Below the pieces are notes generated by a model that worked only from the letters and a program-made list of their open reading frames with translations, searched no databases and was not told the origin of the DNA. 64,000 bases of DNA from Alphaproteobacteria bacterium (lineage in GTDB: Bacteria; Pseudomonadota; Alphaproteobacteria; UBA6615): positions 2,789,964 through 2,853,963 of the forward strand of contig OZ244931.1 of NCBI GenBank assembly GCA_965222215.1, given 5' to 3'. Position 1 is the first letter of the stretch, and every line of letters begins with the position of its first letter. Shown here piece by piece: positions 28,365-38,447 of the stretch. A program made the position numbers and the translations under genes.

Positions 28365-29129
28365 TCATTCTCGGTCGCCCTCGCCGAACACAGCCCCGAT
28401 CAGGAATTCCTTGTTGCCCTCGGGCCCGGTGACCGGGCTTTCGGCCAGCCCCGCCACGCGCCAGCCCGGCAGGCCGTCGAGCCAGCCGCGAATCCGGTCG
28501 CAGATCTCCTCGTGGAGCGCCGGGTCGCGCACCACGCCCTTCTTGCCGACCTGCTCGCGTCCCACCTCGAACTGGGGCTTGATCAGCGCCACCAGCCGCG
28601 CGCCCGGCGCCGCGAACCCCATGGCCGCCGGCAGCACGGTCTGCAGGCCGATGAAGCTGGCATCGCAGACGATGGCATCGACCGGCTCCGGGATATGTTC
28701 TTCGGTCAGGTGGCGGGCGTTGGTCTTTTCCAGCACCACCACGCGGTCGTCGTTGCGCAGCTTCCAGGCGAACTGCCCGTGGCCCACGTCGACGGCGTAG
28801 ACCTTCGCTGCGCCGCGCGCCAGCAGCACGTCGGTGAAGCCGCCGGTGGACGCGCCCACATCGATCGCCACCGCGCCCGTCACGTCGATTCCCAGTTCAT
28901 CCAGCGCATGATCGAGCTTCAGCCCGCCCCGGCTGACCCACGGATGGTCCTGCCCGCGCACCTCCAGCGGCGCGTCGTCGCGAATGGTATCGCCCGCCTT
29001 GGCCACGCGCTGCTCGCCCGAGAACACGTTGCCCGCGAGGATCAGCGCCTGCGCACGGGTCCGGCTCTCCGCGAGCCCCCGCTCCACAAGCGCCACGTCC
29101 GCGCGCGTCTTTTTGCGTTTGTCCGCCAC
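28365..29129 (-). CDS. tlyA: TlyA-family rRNA (cytidine-2'-O)-methyltransferase
   Basis: The S4-like N-terminus is RADVALVERGLAESRTRAQALILAGNV. The FtsJ-type core reads AIDVGASTGGFTDVLL and IVCDASFI. Confidence 0.92.
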   Translation of the reverse strand: MADKRKKTRADVALVERGLAESRTRAQALILAGNVFSGEQRVAKAGDTIRDDAPLEVRGQDHPWVSRGGLKLDHALDELGIDVTGAVAIDVGASTGGFTDVLLARGAAKVYAVDVGHGQFAWKLRNDDRVVVLEKTNARHLTEEHIPEPVDAIVCDASFIGLQTVLPAAMGFAAPGARLVALIKPQFEVGREQVGKKGVVRDPALHEEICDRIRGWLDGLPGWRVAGLAESPVTGPEGNKEFLIGAVFGEGDRE

Positions 29130-29163
29130 GCGCGGGAGATAGCACGGTGCAGCCCCTCTCCCA

Positions 29164-29285
29164 TAGGGAGAGGGGTTTGGGGTGAGGGGTTAAATTCCGT
29201 CCGGGACACCCCCGATAGACCGTAACCCCTCACCCGGCTCACTCCGTTCGCCACCCTCTCCCTATGGGAGAGGGTTACGACCCTC
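29164..29285. repeat. tripartite intergenic repeat family C, copy 2
   Basis: Three parts: CCCCTCTCCCATAGGGAGAGGGG; then the GGGTGAGGGGTTA-loop-TAACCCCTCACCC hairpin; then CCCTCTCCCTATGGGAGAGGG. It lies in the divergent region between tlyA and the dehydrogenase gene. Confidence 0.8.
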
Positions 29286-29340
29286 GGCGTTGTCGGTAAG
29301 ATCACCGCAACAACAACCAGCACGTATCGGGGGAAACGCC

Positions 29341-30261
29341 ATGTCAGAGACCATCGGCATCGTCGGCATGGGCCTCATGGGCCAGGCCTTCATCAAGAAT
29401 CTTCACGAACGCCAGTTCAAGGTGCAGGGCTTCGACGTCGATCCCGCGCGGATGGACCAGCTCGCCGAAGCCGGCGGCACGCCGAAGGACACGCCTGCCG
29501 ACGCCGCGAAGGACGTCGACTGCGTGATCGCCTCGCTGCCGACCAGCGATATCGCCCGCGAGGTGATCTTCGGCGATGGCGGCATCACGGGCGGCGCAAA
29601 AGAGGGCCTCTACGTCCTCGACACCACGACTGCGCGGCCGGAGGATTCCGAGCGTACCTTCTCCGAACTGAAGGACCAGGGCATCCGCTACATGGACGCC
29701 GCCGTCAGCGGCACCTCGACCATGGCCCAGGCCGGCGATCTCGTGGTCATCGCCGGCGGCGAGGCCGACGACTTCGAGGCCTGCCGCAAGTATTTCGACG
29801 GTTTCTCCCGCGCCGCCTACCATATGGGCCCGGCGGGCTCGGGCGCGCGCACCAAGCTGATCATCAACCTGATCCTCGCCGGCAACCGCCTCGCGCTCGC
29901 CGAAGGCATGGTGCTCGGCGAGAAGGCCGGGCTGGAAGCCAACAACCTCCTGGCCGTGCTGCAGGACGGGGCGTGTTCGTCCAAGACGATGGTCGACAAG
30001 GGCCCGAAGATGATCGACGCCGACTATTCCAAGCAGGGCCAGGTGAAGGTGAGCCTGAAGGACTCGCGCCTGATGATGGATATGGGCCAGAAACTCGGCG
30101 CGCCCGTGATGATGATCCAGGTCTATTCCCAGATCATGCAGGCGGCCTACGAGAAGGGCTACGGCGAGAAGGACACGGTCGCCTTCTACGAGATCATGCG
30201 CGGCATGGCCGGCCTTGAGGAACGCGAAGGCATCGACGACGTGCCGTTCGGGAAAGGGTGA
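29341..30261 (+). CDS. NAD(P)-dependent oxidoreductase, 3-hydroxyisobutyrate dehydrogenase family
   Basis: Begins MSETIGIVGMGLMGQAF (Rossmann fold). Also DAAVSGT, GSGARTKLIINL and the C-terminal all-helical domain. I chose the ATG at 29341. Confidence 0.88.
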   Translation: MSETIGIVGMGLMGQAFIKNLHERQFKVQGFDVDPARMDQLAEAGGTPKDTPADAAKDVDCVIASLPTSDIAREVIFGDGGITGGAKEGLYVLDTTTARPEDSERTFSELKDQGIRYMDAAVSGTSTMAQAGDLVVIAGGEADDFEACRKYFDGFSRAAYHMGPAGSGARTKLIINLILAGNRLALAEGMVLGEKAGLEANNLLAVLQDGACSSKTMVDKGPKMIDADYSKQGQVKVSLKDSRLMMDMGQKLGAPVMMIQVYSQIMQAAYEKGYGEKDTVAFYEIMRGMAGLEEREGIDDVPFGKG

Positions 30262-30265
30262 TTCC

Positions 30266-31807
30266 TTGAAGGCACGCGCCGTCTTTCCGTTCCTGCTGAC
30301 ACTTCTTCTCACCCTTCCCACCGCAAAGGCGCAGGACACGCCCGTTGCGGGTCCGCATCTCAGCGGGGACGCATACATCGCGCTGCGGGGGGATGAGCCG
30401 CACAAGGTGGTCGCGTTCGAGGTGGAGACAGGGTCGCGGACATCGTCGCTGGTGCGCGCGGTCGAGATCGGCCCGGACTATGCGGTCGAGACATCCGGCG
30501 AAACCCGCCTGCTCTACGACTTCCGGTTCCGCCGGCTGCTGACCCTGAACCCGGGTGAGCGAAGCTTTTTGAACCAGTCGCTGTTCGGCCACGCGCGCAC
30601 GCGCTTCAGCTTCCTGCAGAACAACCTGACCACGGCCGGCATGGGCATCGCGGGCGGTATCATCGAGGGGCAGTTGGCGGGCGCGATCCGCTTTGTGACC
30701 GAGCACGGCAACGGGATGGCCCATCCCGCCGAGGTTGCGCTGTTCAAGCTGCCGCGCCCGGTATTCGCACTGACGCGCGACGACACCGCGCTGACCGGGA
30801 CGCTCGATGGCGTCCCTGTCCTGACCGCAACCCTGACCGATACCGCCTTTCCCACCGACGACCACGCGCGCAGCTTCGCGGCCTGGCTGGCCTGGGGCGG
30901 GCGGATGCATCCCGCGATCGCAAAGGCGCTTGCCGGCAGCGGCCAGGTTCCCGAACGGATCGAGTTCGCTTTCCCGGAAGAAATGCGCACGCTGAGCCCG
31001 AGCCTCGCCGCACAGCAAGAACTGGAACTGCGCGGCATCGAAATCCGCGCCGCGCGCTTCGACCGTCTGCGCGATTGGGCGTCCAAGATCCCGGCCTGGC
31101 CGCCCCACCTGCCGGAAGAACTGGCGCAGATCATGGTCGACGCCGCCAACGGTACCGCGCCGGGCGGCCCGAAGACCGACGCCGAATTCATCGAAGAGAT
31201 GAACCGGCACATGGAATTCGCCAAGACTCTCGACGCCGTCCTCGTCGGACTGCATGCGAGCCACCCCTACGACGGCTGCTCTGCCGAACACCGGGCGCAG
31301 CCGCTGTGCGCATCGCTCGGCAGCGTCCTGAACGGCGCGCGGCACAACCCCCATGTCAGAAGCCTGTTCGCCGGTTTCGCGGTCGAGCGCGAACGCGAAT
31401 ACCGCCGCGCGGCGGCCATATGGGTGGAACTGCGCCCGCGCGTAACCAACCGGGTCGACGTGCTCGACTTCGCCATCGCGAACGCGCTGGTCGAGGCGCA
31501 CAAGAAATCCCCCCTGAAGGGTGAAATGGCCACGGCCTTCGCCCGGCTGCCCGAGCTGTTCACCCGCGCCCTCGCCGTCGATCCGTACGACCCGGCGCGC
31601 TACCGCGACATCTACAACTACCTGTTCGCCGCCGCCACCGGGCTGTCGGACCGGTATCTGGTGCCCACCCAGGCCCATGCGGTGATCGATCTCGCACGGG
31701 CGCTGCCCGACCGGCCCATGCCGCAGATCATCACGCAAGTATCCGACGCCGACGACCGCATTGCACAGGACTTCCCCGTGCTGTTCCCTGCGACAGTTGC
31801 GCGCTGA
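30266..31807 (+). CDS. hypothetical secreted protein (no recognised family)
   Basis: Long ORF with coding-like composition. A TTG at 30266 is preceded by a GGAAAGGG RBS and gives the signal peptide (M)KARAVFPFLLTLLLTLPTAKA-QD. The track start at 30215 would overlap the upstream gene by 47 nt. Confidence 0.6.
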   Translation: MKARAVFPFLLTLLLTLPTAKAQDTPVAGPHLSGDAYIALRGDEPHKVVAFEVETGSRTSSLVRAVEIGPDYAVETSGETRLLYDFRFRRLLTLNPGERSFLNQSLFGHARTRFSFLQNNLTTAGMGIAGGIIEGQLAGAIRFVTEHGNGMAHPAEVALFKLPRPVFALTRDDTALTGTLDGVPVLTATLTDTAFPTDDHARSFAAWLAWGGRMHPAIAKALAGSGQVPERIEFAFPEEMRTLSPSLAAQQELELRGIEIRAARFDRLRDWASKIPAWPPHLPEELAQIMVDAANGTAPGGPKTDAEFIEEMNRHMEFAKTLDAVLVGLHASHPYDGCSAEHRAQPLCASLGSVLNGARHNPHVRSLFAGFAVEREREYRRAAAIWVELRPRVTNRVDVLDFAIANALVEAHKKSPLKGEMATAFARLPELFTRALAVDPYDPARYRDIYNYLFAAATGLSDRYLVPTQAHAVIDLARALPDRPMPQIITQVSDADDRIAQDFPVLFPATVAR

Positions 31808-31822
31808 ACGAACGGACGACAC

Positions 31823-32995
31823 ATGCCCTCTCCCTCCAAGGCCCTGAACATCGAAGACCTGCGCCGCATGGCGCAGCGGCGGCTCACGAAGGGCCTTTTT
31901 GAGTTCTGCGACCGGGGGTCGGAGGACGATGTGGCGTTGCGGCACAACCGCGACGCGCTGGAGCGTATCAAGCTCAGGTCCCGCGTGCTCAATGACACCT
32001 CGGCGCGCCATACGGCATCGGAGATATTCGGCCAACCCGTCGACATGCCCGTGGTGATCGGACCGACGGGCCCGGCGGGCTTCGTCTGGTACCGTGGCGA
32101 AACGGAACTGGCGAAGGCGGCCGCGAAAGCGGGTATTCCCTTTACCGTCGCGAGCACCGCCAACACGCCGATGGAGCAAATCGTCGAGAACGGTGGTGGC
32201 GGGCGGCTCTGGTACCACCTGTATGTCTGGCGCGACATGGAGGCCTCGCTGAAGGCCGTACCGCGCGCCGAAGCCGCCGGGTTCGAGGCGCTGGTGCTGA
32301 CCGTCGATTCCACCGTGCCCTACAACCGCGAGTTCGACGTGCGCAACGGCGTGACCATGCCGGTGCGCCTCACGCCCCGGAATGTCACGGACATCGTTAC
32401 GCACCCGCGCTGGCTGTTCGGCACCGTGGGGCGGTACCTGATGGCCGACGGCCATATGCCGCGCTACCACAACATCGACATGCCCGAAGGGCTGTCGTCC
32501 ACGGGCGTCCGCGATTTCCTGTTCAAGAACGACACGCTGGACTGGGAGTTTTTGAAGCGGATAAGGGACATGTGGCCGCGAAAACTCGTGCTGAAGGGCG
32601 TGCTGCACGCCGAGGACGCGGCAAAGGCCGTGGAATACGGGGTCGACTGCGTGGTGATTTCCAACCATGGCGGCATCGCCAGCGACGCCGCGCTCGCCCC
32701 CATAGATGTTTTGCCGTCCGTCGTGCGTGAGGTGGGCGACAAGGCAACCGTGATCGTCGATAGCGGCTTCCGGCGCGGGTCGGACATCCTGAAAGGCCTG
32801 GCGCTGGGCGCGGACGCGGTGATCGTCGGCCGGGCAACGCTTTACGGCGTGGCGGCGGCGGGCGAGGCCGGCGCGTCACGGGCACTGCAGATCCTCCATG
32901 ACGAGATGCGCCGCACGATGGGTGTGATGGGCCTGACGTCTGTCGCGGACATCACCCGCGATCATGTCGTGCTGCCGCACGAACACCCGCTGTAA
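31823..32995 (+). CDS. FMN-dependent alpha-hydroxy-acid dehydrogenase/oxidase (L-lactate dehydrogenase-like)
   Basis: Motifs are LVLTVDSTVPYNRE, LKGVLHAEDA, VVISNHGG, VDSGFRRGSDILKGLALGA and GRATLYG. Confidence 0.88.
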   Translation: MPSPSKALNIEDLRRMAQRRLTKGLFEFCDRGSEDDVALRHNRDALERIKLRSRVLNDTSARHTASEIFGQPVDMPVVIGPTGPAGFVWYRGETELAKAAAKAGIPFTVASTANTPMEQIVENGGGGRLWYHLYVWRDMEASLKAVPRAEAAGFEALVLTVDSTVPYNREFDVRNGVTMPVRLTPRNVTDIVTHPRWLFGTVGRYLMADGHMPRYHNIDMPEGLSSTGVRDFLFKNDTLDWEFLKRIRDMWPRKLVLKGVLHAEDAAKAVEYGVDCVVISNHGGIASDAALAPIDVLPSVVREVGDKATVIVDSGFRRGSDILKGLALGADAVIVGRATLYGVAAAGEAGASRALQILHDEMRRTMGVMGLTSVADITRDHVVLPHEHPL

Positions 32996-32999
32996 CGCC

Positions 33000-33440
33000 A
33001 TGCTCGAACTGGTCAGCGAACTCCCCGTCTGGCAACGCGCCGCGCTGCTCCTTGCTGTCGCGATCGGCGCGCATGTGCTTGTGCGTGTTGTGCGGATATC
33101 GGGCACGCGCGCGATGTCGAGCTCGGTGGCGAGCCACATCTCCAAGTCGCGCACCGTGATCAGCCTGATCATAAGCGTGCTGATCTTCGTGCTGTACTTC
33201 GGCGCCGGCGGGCTGACCCTGACAAAGCTCGGCGTATCGATCACCACCTATTTTGCCAGCGCATCGATCATCGGCCTGGCCGTGGCGTTTGGCTCGCAGG
33301 GCCTTGTACAGGACGTGGTCAGCGGGCTGACGGTCGTGTTTACCGACCTGTTCGATATCGGCGACGTGGTCGAGATCGGCGGGCAGGTCGGCGTCGTCGA
33401 AAAATTCGGCATGCGCTTTACCGTGCTGCGCACCCTGTGA
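33000..33440 (+). pseudogene. MscS-family mechanosensitive channel, N-terminal fragment (apparently truncated)
   Basis: TM helices and the pore-helix region are present (IIGLAVAFGSQGLVQDVVSGLTVVFTDLFDIGDVVEIGGQVGVVEKFGMRFTVLRTL). The ORF stops right after the first beta strands of the cytoplasmic domain. No continuation appears in any frame. Confidence 0.45.
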
Positions 33441-33473
33441 TCCATCCCGGTTCTGCGCACGTAGGACCACGCG

Positions 33474-33620
33474 ATGCATCGCAAACCGAACCTTCCGAGC
33501 AAGACCTGCCGAACCTGCGGCCGGCCATTCAAATGGCGCCGCAAATGGGCGTTGTGCTGGGAGGAGATAGCCCACTGTTCGCAGCGATGCCGACGCAACC
33601 GAAACGCGCGGACGCACTGA
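33474..33620 (+). CDS. DUF2256-family small zinc-ribbon protein
   Basis: My own translation gives MHRKPNLPSKTCRTCGRPFKWRRKWALCWEEIAHCSQRCRRNRNARTH (48 aa). It matches the remembered DUF2256 pattern K.C..CGRPF.WRKKW...W..V.YCS..CR. It is below the track's length cut-off. Confidence 0.75.
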   Translation: MHRKPNLPSKTCRTCGRPFKWRRKWALCWEEIAHCSQRCRRNRNARTH

Positions 33621-33621
33621 A

Positions 33622-34113
33622 ATGATCGAACGCATTAAACCGGGCCCGGGCCAGGAATCTGTATGGGACTACCCGCGTCCGCCGCGCGTCGAAGCGGTTA
33701 CGAAGCGCCTCCGGGTTGTGCTGGGCGGTGAAACCATCGCCGATACGACTCGTGGCTTCCGGGTCCTGGAGACCAGTCACCCGCCGGTCTATTACATCGC
33801 GCCGAAAGATGTTGCCGATGGCGTCACGCGCCTCGTGCCCGGCGCCAGCTTCTGCGAGTTCAAGGGGGCGGCCGTCTACTGGGATATCCACACAGCGGGC
33901 GTCCGTGCCGAACGAGCGGCCTGGAGCTATCCCGACCCGACTCCCCCGTTCGCCCCTATCCGTTACCACCTCGCCTTCTATCCTTCCCGAATGGACGCAT
34001 GCTTCGTCGGCGACGAACAGGTCCGGGCACAGGAAGGGGATTTCTACGGCGGGTGGATCACGTCGCGGGTTGTCGGCCCCTTCAAAGGCGCGCCGGGCAC
34101 GCTTGGCTGGTAG
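33622..34113 (+). CDS. DUF427 domain protein
   Basis: Motifs are ESVWDYPRPPRVE, ADTTRGFRVLETSHPPVYYIP, CEFKGAAVYW and AWSYPDP. Confidence 0.85.
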   Translation: MIERIKPGPGQESVWDYPRPPRVEAVTKRLRVVLGGETIADTTRGFRVLETSHPPVYYIAPKDVADGVTRLVPGASFCEFKGAAVYWDIHTAGVRAERAAWSYPDPTPPFAPIRYHLAFYPSRMDACFVGDEQVRAQEGDFYGGWITSRVVGPFKGAPGTLGW

Positions 34114-34123
34114 CAGCCTCTAC

Positions 34124-34996
34124 TCAGGCCGCCAGCAACTCCGCGACCGGGATTCGGGCCGCCTCCGCTTCGGGGCGGGACAGATAGAATTCCGCCAGCA
34201 GACAACCGGACTCAATCTCCGGCGACGGATCGATCCCAACGGCCTCGAGTTGCGCGCGGACGCTTGCCTCCTCGTCGGCAGATCCGAAGCGACGCTGAAC
34301 AAACGTACGGTTTGCGAGTTTCTCCGTCACGTAGCCATGCGATGCCAGGGACTCGGCGATGACATCGACAGGAAACATCCGCAGGACAAAGTTGGCGAGC
34401 CAGGGCTGCCGCCCGCGCGTGATCACCGGCACCAGGCTTTCAAAAGTGCGTTCGGTGACATAGCCAACGCAGCCTGTGGACACCTGCAGGTCCACCGGCG
34501 CCAGGGCGTCGCACATCTCGTCGGTCGGGTTTCCCTCTTCCAGATCAACCGCAAACGCCTCGTCGAGAAGCCCGGCCGATTTTCCGTATCCGATCGCATT
34601 CCGCGCACGGTCCAGTCCGACAACCTCCAGGTTTTCGTCCGCTTCGAGGCTCTCAAAGTACCGCCTGTCATAGGCTACGACGTCCTGGGGGGAGGCCTCT
34701 GCGAGGCGGTCCTGGGTCCAGTGTGCATAGAGATTCGCCATGGTGAGATCGTGCTTGAGCAGCGCCGCGTTCACCCCGTAGGAACAACCGAGGTCGAGAA
34801 CGCGTATCGGCTCATCGGGCCTGCGGCGCAGGTGTCGGACAAGTTTCGCGAACACCGGTTTCGCCCAACCCGGAATGCAGTAGCCGAGCGGCTTTAACTC
34901 GCGAAAATACGCGCGGGGATCGGCCTGATCGTAAATATGGTCCATGGACGCCTTGGCGTCGTTGACCTCTTGGTAGTCCACGTCATTGTCTGTCAT
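34124..34996 (-). CDS. class I SAM-dependent methyltransferase
   Basis: Motif I is VLDLGCSYGVNAALL, in a protein of 290 aa. Confidence 0.75.
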   Translation of the reverse strand: MTDNDVDYQEVNDAKASMDHIYDQADPRAYFRELKPLGYCIPGWAKPVFAKLVRHLRRRPDEPIRVLDLGCSYGVNAALLKHDLTMANLYAHWTQDRLAEASPQDVVAYDRRYFESLEADENLEVVGLDRARNAIGYGKSAGLLDEAFAVDLEEGNPTDEMCDALAPVDLQVSTGCVGYVTERTFESLVPVITRGRQPWLANFVLRMFPVDVIAESLASHGYVTEKLANRTFVQRRFGSADEEASVRAQLEAVGIDPSPEIESGCLLAEFYLSRPEAEAARIPVAELLAA

Positions 34997-35189
34997 CGCT
35001 CTCTCATCGGCCGGACTTATCGTTCACGCGCAAAATTGCAAATCAGTCGTCACGAGGAATCTAACAGACCCGTCCGAAGCACCCAAATTTACAGCGCGTT
35101 CGCCAACGAGGCGCCTCCGTATGCTTGGGATTGTGAACGATGTACAGGCAAGCAGCCGCCAGAAAGCTGCGAAGGCACGGTCAGCCGCG

Positions 35190-37133
35190 TTAGGCGCGTG
35201 CACTCTCGCTGCCGGCTTCGCTCTCACGGCCCAAGGCCGCCAGAACGGTGGCCACGATGTCCGGTGCGGTCAGGCCTGCGAGTTTGTACTGGGCATCCTG
35301 GCTGTCGTGATCGATCCAGATGTCGGGCAGCGTCAGCGGGCGGAACTTCAAGCCACCATCGAGGAGGCCGCCATGAGCCAACTCGGTCATTACCTGGGTG
35401 GCGAACCCGCCGATGGAGCCTTCCTCAACCGTCAGCAGCACTTCATGCTCGCGCGCCAGGCGGTGGACGAGGTCCGCGTCCAGCGGCTTGGCAAAGCGCG
35501 CATCGGCGACCGTCGCACTCAGGCCGTGGGCGGCGAGTTCCTCGGCGGCTTTCAGACATTCCTGCAAGCGCCCGCCGAAGGAAAGAAGCGCAACCGTGCT
35601 GCCTTCCTGCAGAATACGGCCCCTGCCGATCTCAAGCGGCAAGCCGGCCTCCGGCATATCCACGCCGACACCTTCGCCGCGCGGGTAGCGGAACGCGGAC
35701 GGCCGATCGTCGATCTGCGCCGCCGTGGCCACCATGTGAGCCAGTTCCGCTTCGTCCGCCGCGCCCATGACGACCATGTCCGGCAGGCAACCGAGATAGG
35801 CGATATCGAAGGAACCGTGATGGGTCGCGCCATCCGCACCGACCATCCCTGCCCGATCGATCGCAAACCGCACGGGCAGTTTCTGGAGCGCAACGTCGTG
35901 CACGACCTGGTCGTAGGCGCGCTGCAGGAAGGTCGAGTAGATCGCCGTGAACGGCTTGTAGCCCTCCGACGCCAGGCCGGCCGCGAAGGTCACGCCATGC
36001 TGTTCGGCAATGCCGACATCGAAACAGCGGTCGGGATACGCTTCCCCGAAAATATCGAGCCCCGTCCCGGACGGCATGGCGGCGGTGATGGCGACGATCT
36101 TCTCGTCCTTCGCAGCTTCCTTCACCAGGCTCTCGGCAAACACCTTTGTGTAGTTCGGCGCATTGGACCTGGCCTTGACCTGGGCGCCGGTGACCACATC
36201 GAATTTAGAGACCGCGTGGTACTTCTCGTGTCCGCCCTTGTCGGATTCAAAACCCTTGCCCTTCTGGGTCACCACATGGATCAGCACCGGCGCGTTCTGC
36301 TTGCCGTCGCGTACATTGCGCAGCACGGGCAGCAGGTGGTCCAGGTTATGACCGTCGATCGGGCCGATGTAATAGAAGCCCATCTCCTCGAACAGGGTAC
36401 CGCCCGTCACGAAACCCCGTGCGTGCTCCTCCGCGCGCCTTGCCGCATCTTCGAAGCTCTTCGGGAACACGTTCGCCATGTCCTTGGCAACCTGGCGGAG
36501 CGAGCGGTAGCTCTTCGACGAGATCAGGCGCGACAGGTAGGAACTCATCGCACCGACGGCGGGCGCAATGGACATGTCGTTGTCGTTGAGGATCACGACG
36601 AGCCGTGAGTCCGTCGAGCCCGCGTTGTTCATGGCCTCATAGGCCATGCCCGCGCTCATGGAGCCGTCGCCGATGACGCAAACGACGTTGTTGTCGTCCC
36701 CCGACAGGTCCCGCGCCACGGCCATGCCGAGACCGGCGGAAATCGATGTCGAGCTGTGAGCCGCGCCGAAGGGATCGTATTCGCTCTCCACACGGCGGGT
36801 GAAACCGGACAGCCCGCCGCTCTGGCGCAGGGTCCGGATTCGGTCACGACGTCCTGTGAGAATCTTGTGCGGATAGGTCTGGTGACTGACATCCCAGATC
36901 AAACGGTCGCGGGGTGTCTCGAACACATGGTGCAACGCTACCGTGAGCTCGACCACGCCCAGGCCGGCGCCGAGGTGTCCACCGGTGATCGAGACGGCGG
37001 AAATTGTCTCCGCGCGCAGTTCGCCCGCCAGCTGCTTTAGCTGCGCCGGCGTGAAATCGCGCATGTCCGCGGGGACGCGAACGGTGTCGAGTAGCGGTGT
37101 TTTGCTTTCTTCGCTCAAAATTCTTCTCGTCAA
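35190..37133 (-). CDS. dxs: 1-deoxy-D-xylulose-5-phosphate synthase
   Basis: Motifs are [56 protein letters not shown] and DGATHHG. Confidence 0.97.
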   Translation of the reverse strand: MTRRILSEESKTPLLDTVRVPADMRDFTPAQLKQLAGELRAETISAVSITGGHLGAGLGVVELTVALHHVFETPRDRLIWDVSHQTYPHKILTGRRDRIRTLRQSGGLSGFTRRVESEYDPFGAAHSSTSISAGLGMAVARDLSGDDNNVVCVIGDGSMSAGMAYEAMNNAGSTDSRLVVILNDNDMSIAPAVGAMSSYLSRLISSKSYRSLRQVAKDMANVFPKSFEDAARRAEEHARGFVTGGTLFEEMGFYYIGPIDGHNLDHLLPVLRNVRDGKQNAPVLIHVVTQKGKGFESDKGGHEKYHAVSKFDVVTGAQVKARSNAPNYTKVFAESLVKEAAKDEKIVAITAAMPSGTGLDIFGEAYPDRCFDVGIAEQHGVTFAAGLASEGYKPFTAIYSTFLQRAYDQVVHDVALQKLPVRFAIDRAGMVGADGATHHGSFDIAYLGCLPDMVVMGAADEAELAHMVATAAQIDDRPSAFRYPRGEGVGVDMPEAGLPLEIGRGRILQEGSTVALLSFGGRLQECLKAAEELAAHGLSATVADARFAKPLDADLVHRLAREHEVLLTVEEGSIGGFATQVMTELAHGGLLDGGLKFRPLTLPDIWIDHDSQDAQYKLAGLTAPDIVATVLAALGRESEAGSESARA

Positions 37134-37164
37134 GACCCCGCCCGTTCAAGGCCGGGGAATACAA

Positions 37165-38082
37165 TCATACGCGTCGGTCGATCAACTGCATCGCTGCAGC
37201 GCGCAGAAGATCAGCCTTTTCACCAAATACTTCAAGGTGTTCGGCCGCCTTTTGCGCGTGATGAATGGCCGCAGTGCGTGCACCCTCGATGCCCATAAGC
37301 GACACCAGCGTGGCCTTGCCCCGCGCGCTGTCCTTGCCGACGGCCTTGCCGGCTTCCTCGGCGTCGCCGACCTCGTCGAGGATGTCGTCGGTAATCTGGA
37401 ACGCCATGCCGTATTCGACCCCGAACGCGCGCAAACGGGCCCTGTCCTCGGGCGTCGCGCCGGCAACCACGGCACCCGCCTCGCAAGACCAGGCAAACAG
37501 GGCGCCGGTTTTCATCGATTCGAGCCGATAAACGGAATTTTCGTCTACGCCCGTTTGCGATTCCGCCTCCAGGTCGAGCATTTGTCCACCCGCCATTCCA
37601 CGCGGACCGCCGGCCCGCGCCAGGCCGAGCGCGAGTTCTGCGCGCACTCCGCCATCCGGATGGGTCGCCGGTTCGGCAAGAACTTCGAATGCCAGGGTCA
37701 GAAGCGCATCTCCCGCCAGGATCGCCGTCGCCTCGTCAAAACGCCGATGCAAGGTTGGCTGGCCGCGCCGCAAGTCGTCGTCATCCATGGCCGGCAAGTC
37801 ATCATGCACCAACGAATAGGTATGCATCATCTCAATCGCCGCCGCGGCGCGCATGGCACATGCGCGCACCCCCCCGCACACATCGGACGATACCACCACC
37901 AGGAAGGGGCGCAGCCTCTTTCCCCCGGCCAGCACCGCGTAGCGCATGGCGTCCCAAAGACGCGTCACGTCGTTCGGCTGCCTGTCGAAGAGCGACAGCA
38001 GGGTCGCATCGAACTCCGCCGCAACTTCGGACAGCGCGGCGTTGAATTCTTCGGCGGTGTTGTTCTGGGATTCGATAGGCAC
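37165..38082 (-). CDS. ispA: farnesyl-diphosphate synthase (polyprenyl synthetase)
   Basis: The first DDxxD context is LVHDDLPAMDDDDLRRGQPTLH and the second is FQITDDILD. Confidence 0.93.
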   Translation of the reverse strand: MPIESQNNTAEEFNAALSEVAAEFDATLLSLFDRQPNDVTRLWDAMRYAVLAGGKRLRPFLVVVSSDVCGGVRACAMRAAAAIEMMHTYSLVHDDLPAMDDDDLRRGQPTLHRRFDEATAILAGDALLTLAFEVLAEPATHPDGGVRAELALGLARAGGPRGMAGGQMLDLEAESQTGVDENSVYRLESMKTGALFAWSCEAGAVVAGATPEDRARLRAFGVEYGMAFQITDDILDEVGDAEEAGKAVGKDSARGKATLVSLMGIEGARTAAIHHAQKAAEHLEVFGEKADLLRAAAMQLIDRRV

Positions 38083-38100
38083 GTCCGGTCAGGGAGGCGG

Positions 38101-38358
38101 TCAGTCAGCCGGGACGGCTTCCGGCTTTCCGTCGGCGCCGAGCGAGATCTTCTCGACCCGGGCCTGGGCCTGGCGAAGCTTGGACTCGCAGTGGCGTTTC
38201 AGCGCCGCGCCGCGTTCATAGGCCGCGATCGCATCATCGAGCGCACTGTCTCCGCCTTCCAGATTCCGAACGATCTCCTCAAGCTGCGCGAGCGCATCCT
38301 CAAAGGAGAGTTGTGCGATATCGGACGGGATCGATTCAGCGGTGTTGTCGTCTGCCAT
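38101..38358 (-). CDS. xseB: exodeoxyribonuclease VII small subunit
   Basis: Sequence includes [44 protein letters not shown]. The classic xseB-ispA-dxs gene order supports the call. I chose the ATG at 38358. Confidence 0.9.
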   Translation of the reverse strand: MADDNTAESIPSDIAQLSFEDALAQLEEIVRNLEGGDSALDDAIAAYERGAALKRHCESKLRQAQARVEKISLGADGKPEAVPAD

Positions 38359-38447
38359 TTGTCGGCCTCTCGTTCCGGGGCACGGGTCTTGTCTCTTGTC
38401 TATCCACGGCACCGGCCGGCGTCAAACATCCACACTGAACAGAAATC

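Noticed and set aside
26922-29225. 767-aa + strand ORF spanning the RNA methyltransferase, a repeat and tlyA. Similar cases include 22092..22952, 22964..24307, 24330..25127, 25693..26880, 29344..30405, 30194..32668, 34986..36608 and 36943..38508.
   Set aside because: It runs antisense across two well-supported genes and an intergenic repeat. Its composition is Arg/Pro/Ala-rich with no domain signatures. The other listed ORFs fail on the same grounds.
12004-29285. The recurring intergenic repeats, considered as a possible CRISPR array or IS/MITE with a transposase.
   Set aside because: The copies are dispersed singly behind genes rather than arranged as regularly spaced direct repeats with spacers. 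No cas, transposase or integrase gene and no target-site duplications are visible. I treat them as REP-like structured repeats.
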